Origin: Candidatus Daviesbacteria bacterium
Lineage (GTDB): Bacteria; Patescibacteriota; Microgenomatia; Daviesbacterales; UBA10151
Reading direction: 5' to 3'
NCBI GenBank assembly: GCA_028712705.1
Contig: JAQTPP010000001.1
Span: forward strand, 81,521-145,520
Length of the DNA stretch: 64,000 nucleotides
Made by a program: the position numbers and the translations under genes. The notes under the pieces were generated by a model, which ran no database searches, was not told the origin of the DNA, and saw nothing but the letters and a program-made list of their open reading frames with translations. Numbering within the stretch: the stretch's first letter is position 1; the number at the start of each line of letters is the position of its first letter. Below, piece by piece: positions 46,413 to 56,165 of this stretch.

Positions 46413-47891
46413 ATGGCATTACAAGATTTACAAAAGGAGAGAATTAAAAAGTTAAAAAATATTCAAAGATTGGGAATAAATCCCTATCCCACCTACGTTA
46501 AAGCTTCGGCGGGCAAGCCTGCAAGAATTGGTATTGATCGCGCGCGCAAGTTGATGGGGAAGAAAGTGGTGGTGACCGGAAGGATTAGGTCGCTGCGTCC
46601 CCATGGCAAAATTACTTTTGCCGACATAGAAGATACCACAGGGAAGATTCAGCTTTTTTTTAGACAGGATAATCTCAAGGGTGAGAAATATGATTTTTTA
46701 TCAAACCTTGATTTAGGTGATTTTATTGAAAGTTCGGGTGAGGTCATGAGAACTCAAGCCGGTGAAATTACAGTTGATGTTTTTGATTTTAAAATTTTAA
46801 CAAAAAGTCTCCGTCCACTTCCCTCGAGCTGGTATGGCTTAAAAGACGTTGAAGAAAGATACAGAAAGCGATACGTCGATCTTTTAATGAATCCAGAGGT
46901 TCGTGAAATAATTGAGATCCGCTCCAAAATCATTTATACGATTCGCAAGTTTTTAGTAGAAGAAAAGGGTTATATTGAGGTGGAAAATCCGGTTTTGCAA
47001 CCAGTTTATGGCGGGGGAAGGGCTAAACCTTTTAAAACTCATCACAACTCCTTGAACAGCGATTTTTTCCTTCGTATTTCCAATGAGCTTTATTTAAAAA
47101 GGTTAATAGTCGGCGGTTTTGAAAAAGTATTTGAGATTGGACATGTTTTCCGTAATGAAGGCATGGATAGAAATCACAATCCGGAATTTACCATGTTTGA
47201 AACTATGGAAGCATATGCAGATTATATGGATAACATGAACCTGATAGAAGAAATGTTTGAATATGTGGCAAAAAAGATTTTTGATAAAACAAAGCTAACT
47301 TATCAAGGGAAGATGATTGAATTTAAAAGACCCTGGCAAAGGATTAAACTGATAGATTTATTTAAAAAGCATACAGGCGTGCATTTACATGAAATTGATA
47401 CTTTAGAAGAAGCGATTGCTTTGGCTAAAAAATTAGGAGTTGAAGTAAAAGATTATATGACTGATGGAGAAATATTACTGGAGATTTTTGAAAAAAAATG
47501 CACGGATCAATTGATCCAGCCCACTTTTGTTTATGATTATCCTGCTGATTTTTATCCTTTGGCAAAAAGATGTGCTGATAATCCAAAGCTGGTTGAAAGT
47601 TTTGACATATATGTTGCTGGAATGGAAATGGGGACTAATTGGAGTGAGCAAAACGACCCGCAGGCTCTAAAAGAGGCTTGGGATCAAGAAAAAAAGAAAA
47701 TGAAAAAAGGAAATTTGGAGGCTCAAAAATTAGATGAGGATTTTCTGGAAGCTTTGGAATATGGGATGCCTCCTACTTCTGGAATCGGTCCGGGGTTGGA
47801 TAGATGGATTATGGTGATGACAGATTCCCCTTCTATTTCAGATGTGATAGCATTTCCCATGCTAAGACCTGCGAAGAAAAACAAAAAATGA
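46413..47891 (+). CDS. lysS: Lysyl-tRNA synthetase, class II
   Basis: RYRKRYVDL, LRISNELYLKRL, FRNEG, HNPEFT and GMPPTSGIG motifs. Confidence 0.97.
   Translation: MALQDLQKERIKKLKNIQRLGINPYPTYVKASAGKPARIGIDRARKLMGKKVVVTGRIRSLRPHGKITFADIEDTTGKIQLFFRQDNLKGEKYDFLSNLDLGDFIESSGEVMRTQAGEITVDVFDFKILTKSLRPLPSSWYGLKDVEERYRKRYVDLLMNPEVREIIEIRSKIIYTIRKFLVEEKGYIEVENPVLQPVYGGGRAKPFKTHHNSLNSDFFLRISNELYLKRLIVGGFEKVFEIGHVFRNEGMDRNHNPEFTMFETMEAYADYMDNMNLIEEMFEYVAKKIFDKTKLTYQGKMIEFKRPWQRIKLIDLFKKHTGVHLHEIDTLEEAIALAKKLGVEVKDYMTDGEILLEIFEKKCTDQLIQPTFVYDYPADFYPLAKRCADNPKLVESFDIYVAGMEMGTNWSEQNDPQALKEAWDQEKKKMKKGNLEAQKLDEDFLEALEYGMPPTSGIGPGLDRWIMVMTDSPSISDVIAFPMLRPAKKNKK
46488..46517. repeat. Palindromic element, in-frame inside lysS
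   Basis: CCCACC-TACGTTAAAGCTTC-GGCGGG-CAAG, encoding PTYVKASAGK. Confidence 0.7.
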
Positions 47892-48478
47892 ATATAATTG
47901 ACTTAAAGAAAATTTTGAAAGTTTTTTTGACTTTACAATGGGCTAAAGAGCTGCCCAGACAGGGTTTTATTGCCATGGGATTTAAGAGAAATGAAGCAGA
48001 TTCTGTGGCGGCCCATTCTTTTTCTACATCCCTCCTTGCATACTTTTTGGCTAAGAGACTGCAAAAAGAAGGGGTTAAAATTGATCCTGAAAAAGCTTTA
48101 AAAATGGGGTTGATGCATGATATAGGTGAAACAATTGTTGGAGATGTGGGAACTTTTGTTAAAAATATGGCAGAGGGAGTATTTAAAAATATTGAAGAAG
48201 AAGGCGTGAAGGCTTTGGTTGAAGGTTTGGATTCGGAGCAAGAAATAATAGAGTTGGTTGAAGAATATAACGAGAGAAAATCTGTTGAAGCAAGGGTGGT
48301 GAAAGCGGCAGACAATCTTGATGCCTTGGCGCAAGCCATGGGTGTACCGGGAGCTCAAGATGCGTTAAAATATTTTAAGCAAGTGCATAATATAACTAAA
48401 TTTGACTGGCACAAAAAGGCAGTTGATTTGATACTTTCCGGGGAGGTAGAACCTGCCAGAGGCTGGCAGAAACATTAA
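47888..48478 (+). CDS. HD-domain hydrolase (YfbR/HDDC2-like)
   Basis: LPRQG, DSVAAHS, MHDIGE..GD and KAADNLD motifs. Confidence 0.88.
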   Translation: MNIIDLKKILKVFLTLQWAKELPRQGFIAMGFKRNEADSVAAHSFSTSLLAYFLAKRLQKEGVKIDPEKALKMGLMHDIGETIVGDVGTFVKNMAEGVFKNIEEEGVKALVEGLDSEQEIIELVEEYNERKSVEARVVKAADNLDALAQAMGVPGAQDALKYFKQVHNITKFDWHKKAVDLILSGEVEPARGWQKH

Positions 48479-48480
48479 TT

Positions 48481-49713
48481 ATGTTAGATATAAATTACAT
48501 TCGAGACAATTTAGAAAAAGTGAAAAAATCTATTGAAGCCAGAAAGGCGGATGTAGATTTGGATAAACTGCTTAAATTTGATAATGAAAGACGAGAATTG
48601 ATTACAAAGGTAGACGAGCTAAGGGCTAAAAGAAATGAGGCAGCTAAAGCCAGGGATAAGGGTTTAGGGTTAAGGGTAAAAGGGGAGCTGCAGGAATTAG
48701 AGAAAAAACTTGCAGAGATAGAAAGGCAATATCAAGATTTAATGCTTCAAGTTCCCAATGTTTTGATAGATGAGGTGCCAATTGGGGATGCCACTAAAAA
48801 TAAAATTATCAGAAAAGAAGGAGAGTTACCTAAGTTTTCTTTTAAACCCAAAGATCATATTACACTCGGGAAACTTTTGAATATTATTGATTTTGAGAGG
48901 GGAGTGAAGGTGGGAGGTTTCAGGGGATATTTTTTGAAAAATGAAGGGGCAAGATTACATTGGGCAGTTTTACAATTTGCGCTGGATCATCTGGTGCAGA
49001 AAGGTTTTATCCCTGTGGTACCACCGGTAGTAAATCGAAGATTTGCCCTTACAGGTGGTGGGCAATTTCCTTGGGGGCAGGAAGATACATACAAGGTTAG
49101 CGAGGAAGATTTTTTGGTGGGGACTTCAGAGATTCCTTTAATGGCTATGCATGCTGATGAGACTTTCGATATTAAAGATTTACCCAAAAAGTATGTAGGG
49201 ATGTCTGCCTGTTTTAGAACTGAAATTGGTTCTTATGGCAAGGATACAAAAGGTTTATATAGGGTACATGAGTTTTATAAAGTAGAACAAGTGATTCTTG
49301 GTGAGGCGGACGAGGAGGAATCGATAGGATTTTTTGAGGAGTTGCAAGATAATAGTGAAGATATTTTGCAAGAGATCGGTCTTCCCTATCAAGTGGTAGT
49401 TTTATCCTCAGAAGACATGGGTAAAAAAGCAGCCTTAACTTATGATATAGAAACCTGGATGCCGGGAAGAGGCAGCTATGGCGAAACCCATTCTAATTCA
49501 ATTGTTTTGGATTTTCAGACCAGAAGATTAAAAATAAAATACCGCGATAAAGATGGAGTTGTAAAATTCTGTCATGCTTTGAACAATACTGCCATTGCTT
49601 CTCCCAGGATTTTAATTGCAATCTTAGAAAATTTTCAAACTGAAGACGGTTCGGTAAAAATTCCGGAAGTCTTACACAGATATACTGGTTTTTCAGAGAT
49701 TAAACCCAAATAA
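48481..49713 (+). CDS. serS: Seryl-tRNA synthetase
   Basis: MLDINYIR, GTSE, CFRTE, RVHEFYKVE and HALNNTA motifs. Confidence 0.97.
   Translation: MLDINYIRDNLEKVKKSIEARKADVDLDKLLKFDNERRELITKVDELRAKRNEAAKARDKGLGLRVKGELQELEKKLAEIERQYQDLMLQVPNVLIDEVPIGDATKNKIIRKEGELPKFSFKPKDHITLGKLLNIIDFERGVKVGGFRGYFLKNEGARLHWAVLQFALDHLVQKGFIPVVPPVVNRRFALTGGGQFPWGQEDTYKVSEEDFLVGTSEIPLMAMHADETFDIKDLPKKYVGMSACFRTEIGSYGKDTKGLYRVHEFYKVEQVILGEADEEESIGFFEELQDNSEDILQEIGLPYQVVVLSSEDMGKKAALTYDIETWMPGRGSYGETHSNSIVLDFQTRRLKIKYRDKDGVVKFCHALNNTAIASPRILIAILENFQTEDGSVKIPEVLHRYTGFSEIKPK
48652..48685. repeat. 7-nt tandem repeat inside the serS coiled-coil arm
   Basis: AGGGATA AGGGTTT AGGGTTA AGGGTAA, encoding RDKGLGLRVKG. Confidence 0.75.
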
Positions 49714-49718
49714 ATTAT

Positions 49719-50759
49719 CTATTTTCCTTGTCTTTGGCGGATGAGATCAGCTGCAGAAGTTGCAGACGGAGCGCCTCCTACTTGCCCAAAGCTTGCTGAA
49801 CCTGTGGCAGTTGAGGGAGAAGGTTGCGCAGAAGTTGTGGCAATTGGTAGAGTAGGTTTAACTTGAGTTGTTTGCGGCGTGGTCGTTGCCGGCAAACTTG
49901 TTGTCCCCTTAGATGGTTGGCCAATGCCAAGTATAAAATATGCGGAAGCGCCTATTACTAAGATTAGCAGTCCTCCTCCTACACCAATTAGCCATTTTGA
50001 TATACCTTTACGGTTTTCGACAGAAAGCGTTGATACTTCAGGATTTGTAGTTGGGCTTGTGGGAGATGTAACTAATGTTTCAGGCGCAGATTGAATCAAA
50101 TCTTGCTGCGGGGTATTAGTTATTAGATGAGAAAGATCTGTCGGAGCAGCTTCCTGGTTATTCATCCAGCTTGGCTGTGAGGGATTTGCAGGTGTTTCAC
50201 CCCATGGATTGTCTAGCGGTGAAGTAGCAGGAGAGGGTTCATTGATGCTGCCGGCAGGGGTAGCAGCCGGAGGAGTGAAAGTAGGGGTTGGTTCCGGTTG
50301 AGTCGGAATTTGCGGCTGTGGAATTGGTTCCGGTTCGCTCGGAACTGGAGGGGTCCAGGTAGAAGGTTGTGGATTTGACCACGGATTTGATACTGCTGGT
50401 TCCGGTAGTACTGTAGGTTGGGTCGGCGGTTGGACTGGGGATGGAGGAGTCCAAGCTGAGCTAAGATCAAGTCCGGCATTTCCTGATACAGGCGGGTTGA
50501 CACCCGGATTGGTTTGGGTTGTATCTTGAGCCCATGGAGAAGGAGAAGCTTGAGCGGGGTTTGATCCCATAAAGGATGTAGCAGGTTCTGAAACTGGAGG
50601 CCAACTTGGTGTCGGAGACGGTGATGGCGGTGGAGCTGGCATCTGGTTTGGTTCAACAATTGGTTGCGGTTGGGTAGGGGTTGGTTCCGGTTTGCTCGGA
50701 ACTGGTTCCGGTATCGGATTCAAGTTAGCGGATGAATTTTGGTTATTAGGGTTATCCAT
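49719..50759 (-). CDS. Pro/Ser/Thr-rich single-pass membrane protein
   Basis: About 250-aa low-complexity region with recurring Trp motifs, one TM helix, T/S-rich tail. Confidence 0.8.
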   Translation of the reverse strand: MDNPNNQNSSANLNPIPEPVPSKPEPTPTQPQPIVEPNQMPAPPPSPSPTPSWPPVSEPATSFMGSNPAQASPSPWAQDTTQTNPGVNPPVSGNAGLDLSSAWTPPSPVQPPTQPTVLPEPAVSNPWSNPQPSTWTPPVPSEPEPIPQPQIPTQPEPTPTFTPPAATPAGSINEPSPATSPLDNPWGETPANPSQPSWMNNQEAAPTDLSHLITNTPQQDLIQSAPETLVTSPTSPTTNPEVSTLSVENRKGISKWLIGVGGGLLILVIGASAYFILGIGQPSKGTTSLPATTTPQTTQVKPTLPIATTSAQPSPSTATGSASFGQVGGAPSATSAADLIRQRQGK

Positions 50760-50879
50760 TAGGGCAGTTTTTTAGATAGTGTTAGTGTAAAGCAAGAATA
50801 TACTTATTGTCAATCATTTTATTGCGAAGCAAGAAGCTTGTCTTATATAATATGTGGTACAAAACAAAGCATACTATTT

Positions 50880-53621
50880 ATGTTAAATTTCCTTGGAAAA
50901 CTGTTAGATTCAAACGAGAGAGAAATAAAAAAATTTAAAGCTATTGTTGATGCGATAAATAATCTCGAAAAAAGAGTATCAAAATTATCGGATAAAGAGC
51001 TTAAAGGTAGTTTTGCAAAATTTAGGTTAGAGCATAGAAACGGGAAAAGTTTAGATGAGCTATTGCCGGAAGTATTCGCTTTTGTCCGCGAAGCTTCCAA
51101 AAGAACTATCAAGCAGCGCCATTTCGATGTCCAAATGATGGCTGCAGTGACTTTGCATCAAGGTAAAGTAGCCGAACAGAAAACAGGCGAAGGAAAGACG
51201 CTGTCGGCAACTCCGTCATTATTTTTAAATGCAATAACCGGAAAAGGCGTGCATCTTGTGACTGTTAACGATTATCTGGCTCAGAGAGATTGCGGCTGGA
51301 TGGGACCAATCTATTTCGCGCTTGGAGCAAGTTGCGCCACCATAATTCATGAGGGTGCTTTTATTTATGATCCGAAATATAAAGATCTTGGCCACGGCGA
51401 TAAACGCTTACAACATCTTCGTCCGGTTACCAGGCAAGACGCTTACAATGCGGATATAACTTACGGAACGAATAATGAGTTTGGTTTTGATTACCTTAAA
51501 GATAATATGGTTTTTCGGTTGGCGGATCAATCGCAGCGCGGCCACTTCTTTGCGGTTGTTGATGAGGTGGACTCGATATTAATTGATGAAGCCAGGACTC
51601 CGCTTATTATCTCTCAACCGGCACAGGAAGCAACGGAAAAATATTACGAGTTTGCCAAGATTATCGATACTCTTTCCCCGTCCGATTATGTCGTTGACGA
51701 AAGGTTAAAGACAGCTAATCTTACAGAGCATGGAACTCTGAAAATAGAGAAGATGCTAAAAGTAGACAACCTCTACGAAAAGGATTTTTCTACTCTGCAT
51801 CATTTGGAGGAAGCGCTAAAGGCAAAAACTTTATTTCAGAAGGATAAAGATTATGTAGTGAAAGACGGGGAAGTAATTATTGTTGATGAATTTACCGGAA
51901 GACTTATGTTAGGACGAAGGTACTCGGAAGGATTGCATCAGGCAATCGAAGCCAAGGAGGGCGTTTCAATTCAACAAGAGTCTCAAACGCTGGCGACAAT
52001 TTCTTTTCAAAACTATTTCAGGATGTATGAGAAACTAGCCGGTATGACAGGTACTGCAGCAACAGAGGCAGAGGAATTTAATAAAATCTATAAACTTGAG
52101 GTTGTGGTAATACCCACAAATAATCCAATGATCAGGATTGACCATCCGGATACAATTTATAAGACTCAAAGCGCAAAATATACTGCTGTTGCCGGTTTGG
52201 TTGAGGAATTATACAAAAAAGGTCAGCCTGTTTTAGTTGGAACTACCGCCATTGACAGAAACGAATTCCTTTCCGATCTTCTAAAAAGAAAAGGTATATC
52301 ACATGCTCTTTTGAATGCCAAGAATCATGAGAAAGAAGCGGAAATTATTGCTAAGGCGGGAGAGAAGGGCGCGGTGACTGTTGCCACCAATATGGCAGGT
52401 AGGGGGGTAGATATCATTTTGGGCAAAGGCGCTGCTGATCTGGGAGGTCTTTATGTGATTGGGACCGAAAGACATGAATCAAGAAGAATTGATAATCAGC
52501 TGCGGGGGCGGTCAGGCCGTCAGGGAGACTTGGGCGAGACTAGGTTTTTTGTATCCTTGGAAGATGATTTGATGAGGATTTTTGGCGGAGAGCAAGTTTC
52601 CAAAGTGATGAATTTTTTGAAGATGCCGGAAGATGTACCTGTGGAACACGGATTAATCTCCAAAGCTATAGAGGGAGCTCAAAAAAAGGTGGAAGGTCAT
52701 AATTTTGACATCAGAAAACACACCGTTGAATACGACGATGTGATGAATCAACAGCGAAAAATTATTTATGAGATAAGAAAAAAAGTTTTGGAAACAGCTG
52801 AAAAAGTACAAAGTTCTTCTGCTTCGCAGAAAAAAGATGCTTCTTTGAAAGAAGAGGTGCTGGAAAAGATAGCGAAAGAAATCGGGAATATCGTAACTAT
52901 CAATTGCGAAGAGGGAGTAAAACCTCAAAAAATCGTGGAAGAGTTTGCAACTATTGTACCGGTAGACGAAAACAGTCAAAAGGAAATCGGAAAAAATATT
53001 GCTGCGTTTTCCAGAGTTGGAGAAATAACAGATTTTCTGACGCAAGTTTGCAGGAATTTTTACGATCAGAGGGAAAAACAGGTTGGAGAAGATTTAGCCA
53101 GACAAATGGAGGTTTTTGTTTATCTAAATACCATAGATATTTTATGGATTGAGCATTTAGATACGATGGATGATTTGCGTTCCGGAATAGGACTTCGGGG
53201 ATACGCTCAAAGAGACCCATTGATTGAATACAAAAGAGAAGGTTTTGATTTGTTTGAGAAATTAATGGTGGAAATAGATTACGAGATTGTTCACAGAATC
53301 TATAAAGTGGCGGTGCAGGGTCAGGCTCCGGTGGTTGAACAAAGACCGGTGGTGGTTGAGGAAAGGCGTCCGGAAATTGAAACAGGAGTTAAAATAGAGA
53401 AGCAGGAGATCAAAGAAGTTGCTCAAGGTAAGCCGCTGGATGAAATATTGGAGAAAGAAGGGGGAGTTACCAAGGTCACAATTGAAAGGGACGGGGTTGT
53501 ATCTGAACAAGTTTATGGGGGGCAAGGACAATTAACAAAACCCCATGGTAAGCTAGGCAGAAATGATCCATGCTGGTGTGGCTCCGGAAAAAAGTATAAA
53601 CGATGCCATTACCCGAATTAG
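50880..53621 (+). CDS. secA: Preprotein translocase SecA
   Basis: KTGEGKT, VDEVDSILIDEARTP, NQLRGRSGRQG and SEC-C GRNDPCWCGSGKKYKRCH motifs. Confidence 0.97.
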   Translation: MLNFLGKLLDSNEREIKKFKAIVDAINNLEKRVSKLSDKELKGSFAKFRLEHRNGKSLDELLPEVFAFVREASKRTIKQRHFDVQMMAAVTLHQGKVAEQKTGEGKTLSATPSLFLNAITGKGVHLVTVNDYLAQRDCGWMGPIYFALGASCATIIHEGAFIYDPKYKDLGHGDKRLQHLRPVTRQDAYNADITYGTNNEFGFDYLKDNMVFRLADQSQRGHFFAVVDEVDSILIDEARTPLIISQPAQEATEKYYEFAKIIDTLSPSDYVVDERLKTANLTEHGTLKIEKMLKVDNLYEKDFSTLHHLEEALKAKTLFQKDKDYVVKDGEVIIVDEFTGRLMLGRRYSEGLHQAIEAKEGVSIQQESQTLATISFQNYFRMYEKLAGMTGTAATEAEEFNKIYKLEVVVIPTNNPMIRIDHPDTIYKTQSAKYTAVAGLVEELYKKGQPVLVGTTAIDRNEFLSDLLKRKGISHALLNAKNHEKEAEIIAKAGEKGAVTVATNMAGRGVDIILGKGAADLGGLYVIGTERHESRRIDNQLRGRSGRQGDLGETRFFVSLEDDLMRIFGGEQVSKVMNFLKMPEDVPVEHGLISKAIEGAQKKVEGHNFDIRKHTVEYDDVMNQQRKIIYEIRKKVLETAEKVQSSSASQKKDASLKEEVLEKIAKEIGNIVTINCEEGVKPQKIVEEFATIVPVDENSQKEIGKNIAAFSRVGEITDFLTQVCRNFYDQREKQVGEDLARQMEVFVYLNTIDILWIEHLDTMDDLRSGIGLRGYAQRDPLIEYKREGFDLFEKLMVEIDYEIVHRIYKVAVQGQAPVVEQRPVVVEERRPEIETGVKIEKQEIKEVAQGKPLDEILEKEGGVTKVTIERDGVVSEQVYGGQGQLTKPHGKLGRNDPCWCGSGKKYKRCHYPN

Positions 53622-53661
53622 AAATTCGGAGCATCGTTTGCGAGCTAGTCGCTTTTTAAAA

Positions 53662-55215
53662 ATGCCACTTAAGAATTGGATAAATTCAAATAGTGTAATT
53701 TTAATTATTATCCTCATCTACTTTTTAATTTCCATAATAAAAATTGAACACCCGGGGGTTAATAATGACCAATTGATGTTTGTAAATACTGCAACCCTAC
53801 ATCCTGACAATCAATTTTTATGGAAAAGCTGGCACGGGATACCGACGATGATCTTTCCTTATATTGGGGCTTTGAAGTCCTATCTTTACATGCCGATTTT
53901 TTATTTTTTTGGTGTGAATATCTGGTCTATCAGATTACCGCAAATTATTTTAATTTCCATTTCCTGGTTTATGCTTTATCAAACAGTAATGTTGGGATTT
54001 AATAAAAAATTAGCAGTACTGACAATTTTACTTCTTAGTTTGGATCCCAGTATTATTATTTATTCAAAAACTGACCAAGGTCCAACTGTTTTGGAATTTT
54101 TTTTGAAAATTGCGGCAGTTTATTTATTATATCTTTATCTGTCTAAGAAAAAACGTATTTTTTACTTTTCTATTTTTCCTATTCTGGCTTTGGGAATCTT
54201 TAACAAGTTAAATTTCATTTGGTTTGTGAATGCTTTCATGATTAGTTTCATAATTTTTTATTGGCGAATTTTTTATAACGATTTTAAAAAAGTGGATAAA
54301 TTATTCCCATTTTTAATTTTCTGTATACCATATTTTTTCTTGATCAAAATATTTACTAAAATTTCCAGGGAAGTAGTATTAAGCTATAAGGATTTTACCG
54401 ATCCGGTTGCTTTATCCAATGTCTTTAATAATCTGTTAATTTTTTATAATAATTTAATAAACATTATTAATGGAAGTATCTTTTATAATATAATCTACGG
54501 GCACAGTCCAACACCTTTAGGCATTTATTTTAGCGGTTTAATTTTACTAATTTTGTTTACTGGCACCTATTATTTAATCGCTAAACATAAAGAACCTTTG
54601 AGACCATTCTATTTCTTTTCATCCCTTGTGTTATTAACTATCCTGCAACTTCTTTTGACAAAAAAGGCCATCTCTGTCTGGCACGCTTTATCTATTTATC
54701 CTTTCTTTGTCGTAATTTTGGCTCTGGCAATCTTACAATTTAAAAAGAATATTTTTTTGGCTTTGGTTGGAATAATAATTTCTTATCAAATTATCGTGAA
54801 TCTAATATATTTTGATACTTATTCCAAACCCACAAAATTAGTGGCTTATACATCAGCAATTTACGATTTGATTGATTTTGCCAAAACTACAAAAGCAAAC
54901 TTTGTTTGTTTGGATGTTGATATTTGTAATCAACTGTTAAGCTTTAATCAGGAAGTGAAAAAATACCAAGAGCTTTTCTTTTTCCTGGATCCGCCCACAT
55001 ATACTTATTCATTTATAAAATTAGCCGGAAATTTTAGCAGACCTGAAGAATTTTTATATATAGCCCATGGAGATTCAAACTCGCATTTTCCAAATTTGAA
55101 AAAGGAATTCTTTAAATATCTGGATGATAATAAGATAAATTATAAAAAAGTTAAGGAATTTAAAGATGGTGATAGTATTAATATAGCCTTTGAAATTTAC
55201 GAGGTTAGCAAATGA
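53662..55215 (+). CDS. Multi-TM GT-C-fold glycosyltransferase-like protein
   Basis: TM followed by GVNNDQ acidic loop, PYIGALKSY, many TM helices; start moved to ATG 53662. Confidence 0.7.
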   Translation: MPLKNWINSNSVILIIILIYFLISIIKIEHPGVNNDQLMFVNTATLHPDNQFLWKSWHGIPTMIFPYIGALKSYLYMPIFYFFGVNIWSIRLPQIILISISWFMLYQTVMLGFNKKLAVLTILLLSLDPSIIIYSKTDQGPTVLEFFLKIAAVYLLYLYLSKKKRIFYFSIFPILALGIFNKLNFIWFVNAFMISFIIFYWRIFYNDFKKVDKLFPFLIFCIPYFFLIKIFTKISREVVLSYKDFTDPVALSNVFNNLLIFYNNLINIINGSIFYNIIYGHSPTPLGIYFSGLILLILFTGTYYLIAKHKEPLRPFYFFSSLVLLTILQLLLTKKAISVWHALSIYPFFVVILALAILQFKKNIFLALVGIIISYQIIVNLIYFDTYSKPTKLVAYTSAIYDLIDFAKTTKANFVCLDVDICNQLLSFNQEVKKYQELFFFLDPPTYTYSFIKLAGNFSRPEEFLYIAHGDSNSHFPNLKKEFFKYLDDNKINYKKVKEFKDGDSINIAFEIYEVSK

Positions 55216-56075
55216 ATCAGGGGATTACCGAATTAACTGAAGAATGGGTGGTTAAGAGATTGCCGCCGAGATCAAAAGATGCCAATAAAGGAACTTTTGG
55301 TAAGGTTTTAGTGATAGCAGGGTCTAAAGAATACCCGGGAGCAGCATATTTAGCTTGCGCAGCAGCTTACAGAGCAGGAGCAGGTTTGGTAACTTTAGCA
55401 ACAGAGAAAGAAACGAAGATTATAATCTCCAGGAAATTATCTGAAGCGACTTTTTTATCACGGGATGAAGTGCTCGAAAAAATAGACGAGTATGATGTTT
55501 TGCTGATTGGTCCGGGTTTGGGGCAAAGCGATCAAACAGTAAAACTGGTGGAGCAAATTTTAAGCCGTAACTTGCCGCCGACAGTCATTGACGGTGATGG
55601 GTTAAATATCCTGTCTAAAATGGAGAAATGGTGGGAGAGAATAGATGGAGCAGTCGTATTGACGCCTCACCCTGGTGAGATGTCCAGACTGACAGGTTTA
55701 TCTATAGAAGAAATTCAAAAAAATAGATTAAATACCGCTCAAAGTTTTGCCAAAAAATGGAATCAAGTAGTAGTTTTAAAAGGCGCAAATACTGTGATTG
55801 CCCCGTCTTGTGGCGGGGTTGTGGTTAGCCCGTTTGCAAATCCGGCATTAGCTACTGCCGGAACCGGAGATGTACTCTCAGGAGTGATAGCCGGTTTATT
55901 AGCTCAGGGTTTAGATCTGTTTGATGCTGCTGGTGTCGGAGTATACATTCACGGTTTGGCAGGGGAAAGGATAAGAAAAAAAACTGGGAATGCGGGCGCT
56001 TTGGCAAATGAACTGCTGCCTCTCCTGCCGCTAGTTATATACTTTCTTACGAAAGACTATAATTCTCGCAAATAG
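55212..56075 (+). CDS. nnrD: NAD(P)HX dehydratase
   Basis: NKGTFG, IGPGLG, IDGDGL, LTPHPGE and TAGTGDVL motifs. Confidence 0.93.
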   Translation: MNQGITELTEEWVVKRLPPRSKDANKGTFGKVLVIAGSKEYPGAAYLACAAAYRAGAGLVTLATEKETKIIISRKLSEATFLSRDEVLEKIDEYDVLLIGPGLGQSDQTVKLVEQILSRNLPPTVIDGDGLNILSKMEKWWERIDGAVVLTPHPGEMSRLTGLSIEEIQKNRLNTAQSFAKKWNQVVVLKGANTVIAPSCGGVVVSPFANPALATAGTGDVLSGVIAGLLAQGLDLFDAAGVGVYIHGLAGERIRKKTGNAGALANELLPLLPLVIYFLTKDYNSRK

Positions 56076-56165
56076 CTTCAAATTATAAAAAATTTAATAT
56101 AAAATTGGCAATATTTAAAATTAATCTATTGACAATTGTATTAATTGTTGTAAATTTAATGATTA

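Noticed and set aside
53563-53661. N-terminal extension of the GT-C ORF overlapping secA
   Set aside because: This is the alternate frame of the SEC-C motif; ATG 53662 is the more plausible start.
56132-56148. ACAATT-N5-AATTGT palindrome upstream of glnA as a nitrogen-regulator site
   Set aside because: Very AT-rich and does not match the GlnR/TnrA consensus; cannot be distinguished from chance.
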